DNA of 64,000 nucleotides, from the NCBI GenBank assembly GCA_902802905.1, contig CADCNT010000010.1, forward strand, positions 2,393 to 66,392, in the 5' to 3' direction. The notes beneath the pieces were generated by a model. That model was not told the origin of the DNA. It searched no databases and worked only from the letters and a program-made list of their open reading frames with translations. This document shows positions 59,320-64,000 of the stretch, one piece after another. The stretch is from an uncultured Erysipelotrichaceae bacterium. GTDB lineage: Bacteria; Bacillota_I; Bacilli_A; RFN20; CAG-826. Made by a program: the position numbers and the translations under genes. Numbering within the stretch: the first letter of the stretch is position 1; each line of letters opens with the position of its first letter.

Positions 59320-61197
59320 ATGAAAACAAAACTACTTTATATTACAATTCTTCCGCTTCTAATTACCTCATGTAATGGTGGAGGAAACTCTAATAAAGAT
59401 TCATATACTACAAAAGAGATTCATGCTTATTACTCTGATAGCAAGAATAATACCGCTGTTAATCTTCGTTATTACAACAAAAGTGTTATTCCTTATATTT
59501 CTTTAAAAGACTATCAACAATTACTTTATCGCGGAAGAACCTATCCAGAAGGTAGGGACAGGATGGACATGAGCAAACAAGGTGATGTTTATACCTTCAC
59601 TGTTGCCGGAGATTTCAGCGCTACATTCGATGTTAAAAACAATAAGATGGAATCCTCTAACCTATGGTCATTTAAGAACACTAATCTTAATGGAGTTGGT
59701 GATATTAATTCTGCTTCATATGATGGCTTACCTTTCACAAAACCAACTGGTGTGACTTATTCTGGTACGCCTGTAACCACTGTGATTGATTTTTCAAAAT
59801 ATGATTTAAAAATCTATGGAGACGATAAAGGCGTTTATGTGCCACTTGGTTTTGCTCTTGATTTATTTAGCAACGAAAACATTTTACAAGGTGCATATAA
59901 CTCCAAAGATATTTATATCTTTAATTTCACAGAAAACGAATCATTAAACGATTTTGGTGGTAGATACTATAACGCGATGTATTCTAATTCAATAAAACAA
60001 GAATATGCGAACTATGTTTATAACGAACTTTGTTTAGATTATGATTTCTTCCTTGGTAGACCAGGTAGAAGTTCATTAGAATTCTATTATTATTTAGCGA
60101 ATGGATTAGATGCTGCTTTAAATTCAAGAACACTTGGTAGAACCATATCTAGTTATATGAAGTCAACAGACTTAGGAAAGTTCATTGCTGGGGCAACTTT
60201 ATTAGGATTGCTGCGTCAAGATGGTGGCCATAGTGGTTATTCTCCACTTAATACTTACTATTTTGATCAAGCAAGCGGCCAATATGCACGTCCAACTTGG
60301 TTAACTGATTCCTTATATATGAATGCTTACTCTTACGTATCTGCTGAACTTAGCAAGCATTTTGAAGAACTAGATAACTATGATAGGTCAATTGGCTATC
60401 ACAGTGATATTTATAAAGCCAGAAACGAAAAACTTGGAAAACCAAGTCGTTCTTTAAGCGGAACTGAAACATACACTAAAGATGGGGATGTTGCTTATAT
60501 CCATATCGATGGCTTTATGGGCGAGATCGGACTCCAAAATGAATGGAAAAAATACTACGCTGGTGAAAGGGACACAATTCCATTTGGTGATGGTGTTGGT
60601 GGTGCAGTTGGTGCCATCTCTTATGGTGTTAGAGAAGCATCAAAAGATAGTGAAATTAAACATTTAATCCTAGATTTGGCGGCAAATACGGGTGGAAGTA
60701 CCGATGAAATGCTTTTTATGATTGGTTTACTTACTGGCAGTTCGTCCTTCTATACACACAATACGATGAATAAGACTTTTAATACTGCTACTTATAGCTT
60801 TGATTTCAACTTTGACAAAGTGTTTGATGAAAAAGATAAAGAGATTTATTCACTGCTTGAAGGGAAAGACATCACCGTGTTAGCTACAAGAAATGGATTC
60901 TCTTGTGGCGGCATTTCTCCTATTTATCTACACGATGAAGGACTTTTCACAATTGGTGAAGAATGTGGTGGAGGTTCCTGCTCTATTTATATGCAATATG
61001 ATGGATATGGAAATAATAATCGTGCCTCAACACCTTCTCATACTGTTTCTAAAAACTTAGTTAGTATTGATGTTGCCAGAAAAACTGTTTGTGATCATAA
61101 ACTCAATTTCCCAAGTGATCAGACTGGATATGATTATTCAAGCTTATACGACACCGCTACTTTAAGAGCGTTGATTGAAGCACATTATTCTAAATAA
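59320..61197 (+). CDS. S41-family peptidase lipoprotein
   Basis: Lipobox ITSC; DGGHS, AYIHIDGF, ILDLAANTGG, GFSCG, IGEECGGGSC. Confidence 0.8.
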   Translation: MKTKLLYITILPLLITSCNGGGNSNKDSYTTKEIHAYYSDSKNNTAVNLRYYNKSVIPYISLKDYQQLLYRGRTYPEGRDRMDMSKQGDVYTFTVAGDFSATFDVKNNKMESSNLWSFKNTNLNGVGDINSASYDGLPFTKPTGVTYSGTPVTTVIDFSKYDLKIYGDDKGVYVPLGFALDLFSNENILQGAYNSKDIYIFNFTENESLNDFGGRYYNAMYSNSIKQEYANYVYNELCLDYDFFLGRPGRSSLEFYYYLANGLDAALNSRTLGRTISSYMKSTDLGKFIAGATLLGLLRQDGGHSGYSPLNTYYFDQASGQYARPTWLTDSLYMNAYSYVSAELSKHFEELDNYDRSIGYHSDIYKARNEKLGKPSRSLSGTETYTKDGDVAYIHIDGFMGEIGLQNEWKKYYAGERDTIPFGDGVGGAVGAISYGVREASKDSEIKHLILDLAANTGGSTDEMLFMIGLLTGSSSFYTHNTMNKTFNTATYSFDFNFDKVFDEKDKEIYSLLEGKDITVLATRNGFSCGGISPIYLHDEGLFTIGEECGGGSCSIYMQYDGYGNNNRASTPSHTVSKNLVSIDVARKTVCDHKLNFPSDQTGYDYSSLYDTATLRALIEAHYSK

Positions 61198-61204
61198 CTA
61201 AATG

Positions 61205-61225
61205 ACCACCTTATGGTGGTTTTTT
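61205..61225 (+). terminator. Intrinsic terminator
   Basis: ACCACC-TTAT-GGTGGT followed by a T-run. Confidence 0.75.
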
Positions 61226-61328
61226 AATTTACAAATATTTACCTACATCATTAACAATATAAAATATAATTTTATGAACACCTCATTAAGTGATAGAATA
61301 TTCTAGTGTTTCAAAGGGGGATTCTACT

Positions 61329-62741
61329 ATGAAATACGACGTGATTATTGTCGGTGCCGGCCCTAGTGGTTATATGTGTGCTTATGAGCTTGCTAATAAG
61401 AGCAAGGATTTGAAGATACTCCTTCTTGATCGTGGTCGTAATATCTATGAAAGAAAATGCCCTGTACTTAATCATCAATTAGATAAATGTCCAATTAATA
61501 ATAAAGGCTATAGAGAATGCTATCCAGCATGCGCAATCACTAATGGTTTTGGTGGAGCAGGTGCATATTCTGATGGCAAGTTTAATATCACCACTGAATT
61601 TGGTGGCTGGTTAACTGATTACATGTCTCCTGAAGAATTAATGGAGATTATTGATTATGTTGATAAAATCAACATTCATTATGGCGCTACTGAAGTTATC
61701 ACTAATCCAGATACTGATAAGGTTAGAGAGATTGAAAGAAGAGCAATTTCTGTTGGTGTTAAACTTTTAAGAAGCAAAGTAAGACATCTAGGTACCGAAG
61801 AAAACATTAAGATCCTCTCTCGTATCTATGATGATTTGAAAGAGAAAGTAGAAATGAGATTCTCCACAAAAGTGGTAGATATCGTTTTACAAAATAAAGA
61901 GATTAAAGGCGTCAAACTTGAATCTGGTGAAAATATTGAAGGCAAGTTTGTGGTTTTAGGTGTGGGAAGAGAAGGTTCCAAATGGCTTAATGAGTTATTT
62001 GAGAAATATCAAATTCCAATGTCACAAACACAAGTTGATGTTGGTGTGCGTGTGGAATGTCCTAACATCGTTATGGAAGAAATTAATGAAAACCTTTACG
62101 AAGGAAAATTTGTCTATAAGACTTCTGTTGGTTCAACAGTAAGAACTTTCTGTTCTAATCCTGGTGGACACGTTGTTATGGAAAATTATGAAGGTGTGGT
62201 TAATGTTAATGGCCACTCCTATAATGATTCATCATTAAGCAGCAATAACACCAACTTTGCTTTATTAGTATCTCATCATTTTGAAGAGCCATTCAAAAAA
62301 CCTAATGAATATGCTTTAAAAGTGTCCTCCTTAGTCAATCAGTTAGCCTGTGGTAGTGTTATCGTCCAAAAGTATGGAGATATTAAGCTTGGTAGAAGAA
62401 GCACAGTGAAACGTATTGAAGAAGGGTTTGTAAGACCTACTTTAAAAGAAGCTGTCCCTGGAGATTTAGCTTTAGCATTACCATATAAGACTATGAGATC
62501 AATTATTGAAATGATTGAAGTCTTAGATAAAATCACTCCTGGTATCGCTACCGAACACACTTTACTTTATGGAGTAGAGGCTAAATATTATAGTGCCCAT
62601 CCAAAGATGGATAAGTATTTGGAAGTTGACGGCATTAAAAACTTATATGTTGCAGGTGATGGAGCAGGCTTGACTCGTGGTCTTGCCCAAGCCAGTGCCT
62701 GTGGAGTATATATTGCAAGAAACATCTTAAAGAAGGAATAG
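61329..62741 (+). CDS. NAD(P)/FAD-dependent oxidoreductase (uncharacterised family)
   Basis: VGAGPSG, GFGGAGAYSDGK, RHLGTE, VRTFCSNPGG, YGVEAKYY, AGDGAGLTRG. ATG at 61329. Confidence 0.88.
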   Translation: MKYDVIIVGAGPSGYMCAYELANKSKDLKILLLDRGRNIYERKCPVLNHQLDKCPINNKGYRECYPACAITNGFGGAGAYSDGKFNITTEFGGWLTDYMSPEELMEIIDYVDKINIHYGATEVITNPDTDKVREIERRAISVGVKLLRSKVRHLGTEENIKILSRIYDDLKEKVEMRFSTKVVDIVLQNKEIKGVKLESGENIEGKFVVLGVGREGSKWLNELFEKYQIPMSQTQVDVGVRVECPNIVMEEINENLYEGKFVYKTSVGSTVRTFCSNPGGHVVMENYEGVVNVNGHSYNDSSLSSNNTNFALLVSHHFEEPFKKPNEYALKVSSLVNQLACGSVIVQKYGDIKLGRRSTVKRIEEGFVRPTLKEAVPGDLALALPYKTMRSIIEMIEVLDKITPGIATEHTLLYGVEAKYYSAHPKMDKYLEVDGIKNLYVAGDGAGLTRGLAQASACGVYIARNILKKE

Positions 62742-62743
62742 TT

Positions 62744-63940
62744 ATGTCAAAGTATGTTGGAGTTACCTCAAGAGGTATTCGTCTTCCAATTATTAAAGAA
62801 GGCGACAATTTAGTCAAAATCGTGACGGAAGCCGTCTTAATTGCTAGTGAGAACGAGCCATTTGCGTTACATGATCGTGATGTTATTGCGATTACCGAAA
62901 GTATTGTTGCCCGCGCTCAAGGTAACTATGCAACCGTGGATGATATAGCCACTGATGTGAAAAATAAATTTGGTGAAGGTTCCACAATTGGAGTTATCTT
63001 CCCAATCCTTTCTCGTAATAGATTCGCAATTTTATTAAAAGGATTTGCTAGAGGGGTAAAGAAAATTGTTTTAATGCTATCTTATCCTTCTGATGAAGTT
63101 GGTAATGCTTTACTTACTTATGATGAATTAGATGAAAAAGGTATCAATCCTTATAGCGATGTTCTTTCTTTAGAGAAGTATCGTGAATTATTTGGACATA
63201 AGGTGCATGAATTCACTGGAGTTGATTATATCGACTATTATGTTGACCTGATAAAAAAAGAAGGCACAGATGTAGAAGTGGTGTTTGCTAACCAAGCAAA
63301 GACTATCTTAAAGTACACTGATAAAGTTCTTAACTGTGATATTCATACAAGAAGTAGAACGAAACGCATTTTAAAGGCTAATGGCGGCAAGATTGTCTTA
63401 GGCATGGATGAAATTCTTAATTCCTCTGTTAACGGCTCTGGATATAACGAAAAATACGGTTTATTAGGTTCTAATAAATCTACTGAAGAAAAAGTTAAAT
63501 TATTCCCACGTGATTCTCAGTCGTTAGTAGATAACATTCAACAAGTTATGTTAGAAAAAACTGGTAAGCATTTAGAAGTCATGGTGTATGGCGATGGTGC
63601 TTTTAAAGATCCTCAAGGAAAGATTTGGGAATTAGCAGACCCTGTTGTATCTCCTTTCTTTACCGAAGGGCTTAGAGGCACACCTAATGAACTTAAGCTT
63701 AAATTCTTAGCTGATAACGACTTCAAAGATTTAAAAGGTGAAGAGCTTAAAGAGGCTATTAAAGCTAGAATTAAAGAAAAGGGCGCTAACTTAGTGGGTA
63801 ACATGGCATCACAAGGTACCACTCCAAGACAACTCACTGACTTAATTGGTTCACTTTGTGATTTGACTAGTGGTTCTGGTGATAAGGGAACCCCTGTTGT
63901 CTTAGTGCAAAATTATTTCACTAACTATTCTGAAGAATAA
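62744..63940 (+). CDS. Coenzyme F420-0:L-glutamate ligase (CofE)-like protein
   Basis: PIIKEGDNL, ITESIVARAQG, DLTSGSGDKGTPVVLV. Confidence 0.8.
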   Translation: MSKYVGVTSRGIRLPIIKEGDNLVKIVTEAVLIASENEPFALHDRDVIAITESIVARAQGNYATVDDIATDVKNKFGEGSTIGVIFPILSRNRFAILLKGFARGVKKIVLMLSYPSDEVGNALLTYDELDEKGINPYSDVLSLEKYRELFGHKVHEFTGVDYIDYYVDLIKKEGTDVEVVFANQAKTILKYTDKVLNCDIHTRSRTKRILKANGGKIVLGMDEILNSSVNGSGYNEKYGLLGSNKSTEEKVKLFPRDSQSLVDNIQQVMLEKTGKHLEVMVYGDGAFKDPQGKIWELADPVVSPFFTEGLRGTPNELKLKFLADNDFKDLKGEELKEAIKARIKEKGANLVGNMASQGTTPRQLTDLIGSLCDLTSGSGDKGTPVVLVQNYFTNYSEE

Positions 63941-63942
63941 AC

Positions 63943-64000
63943 ATGGAAGCATTTAAAACTTATTTATTACAAAACTGGATTCTTGTCCTTATATTAGCGG
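63943..64000 (+). CDS. Possible start of a membrane protein running off the window
   Basis: ATG 2 nt after the previous stop; MEAFKTYLLQNWILVLILA open to the edge. Confidence 0.4.
   Translation, partial: MEAFKTYLLQNWILVLILA

Noticed and set aside
41243-61197. Integrative element inserted at tRNA-Ala
   Set aside because: No integrase, and I did not notice a duplicated tRNA 3' end (by-eye search only). Housekeeping-like galM and PHP genes interrupt the region.
61329-63940. FAD oxidoreductase and CofE-like ligase as peptide tailoring enzymes
   Set aside because: Separated from the operon by two terminators and lacking the motif.

Overview
This is AT-rich DNA from a Gram-positive bacterium. 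Code 11 and many lipoproteins suggest a gut- or rumen-type Bacillota/Bacilli lineage (inference). The window has three blocks. (1) 1-3.4 kb: tail of an ABC-2 exporter operon. (2) 3.4-40.3 kb: a large glycan-utilisation locus with GH2, GH38, GH29, an AraC regulator, a sugar ABC importer, many uncharacterised surface lipoproteins, fucI/rhaB/rhaD-like genes, a NahK-like kinase, two esterases and a ROK-SIS fusion. Three adjacent proteins there share six copies of an unrecognised ~140-aa Cys/His-capped module. (3) 40.4-61.2 kb: a Phd/RelE toxin-antitoxin pair and tRNA-Ala(CGC), then the best candidate for an undescribed system. It has seven paralogous precursor genes, each with a near-identical 48-aa Nif11-like double-glycine leader and a hypervariable zinc-ribbon-like core (C...CxxC-X13-23-CxxCGxx[W/F]). 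A downstream operon encodes a HipA-like kinase, a radical SAM/SPASM enzyme, a short NHLP-type secretion protein, an NHLP-type C39 peptidase/ABC transporter pair and a STAS protein. A direct-repeat motif TGTGRCA-N4-TGTGACA-N5-(TG)TGATA occurs 8 times: before every precursor transcription unit, before a secreted lipase-lipoprotein pair, once with no gene behind it, and before the maturation/export operon. This suggests one regulon. All functional calls come from motifs read by eye; no database searches were run.
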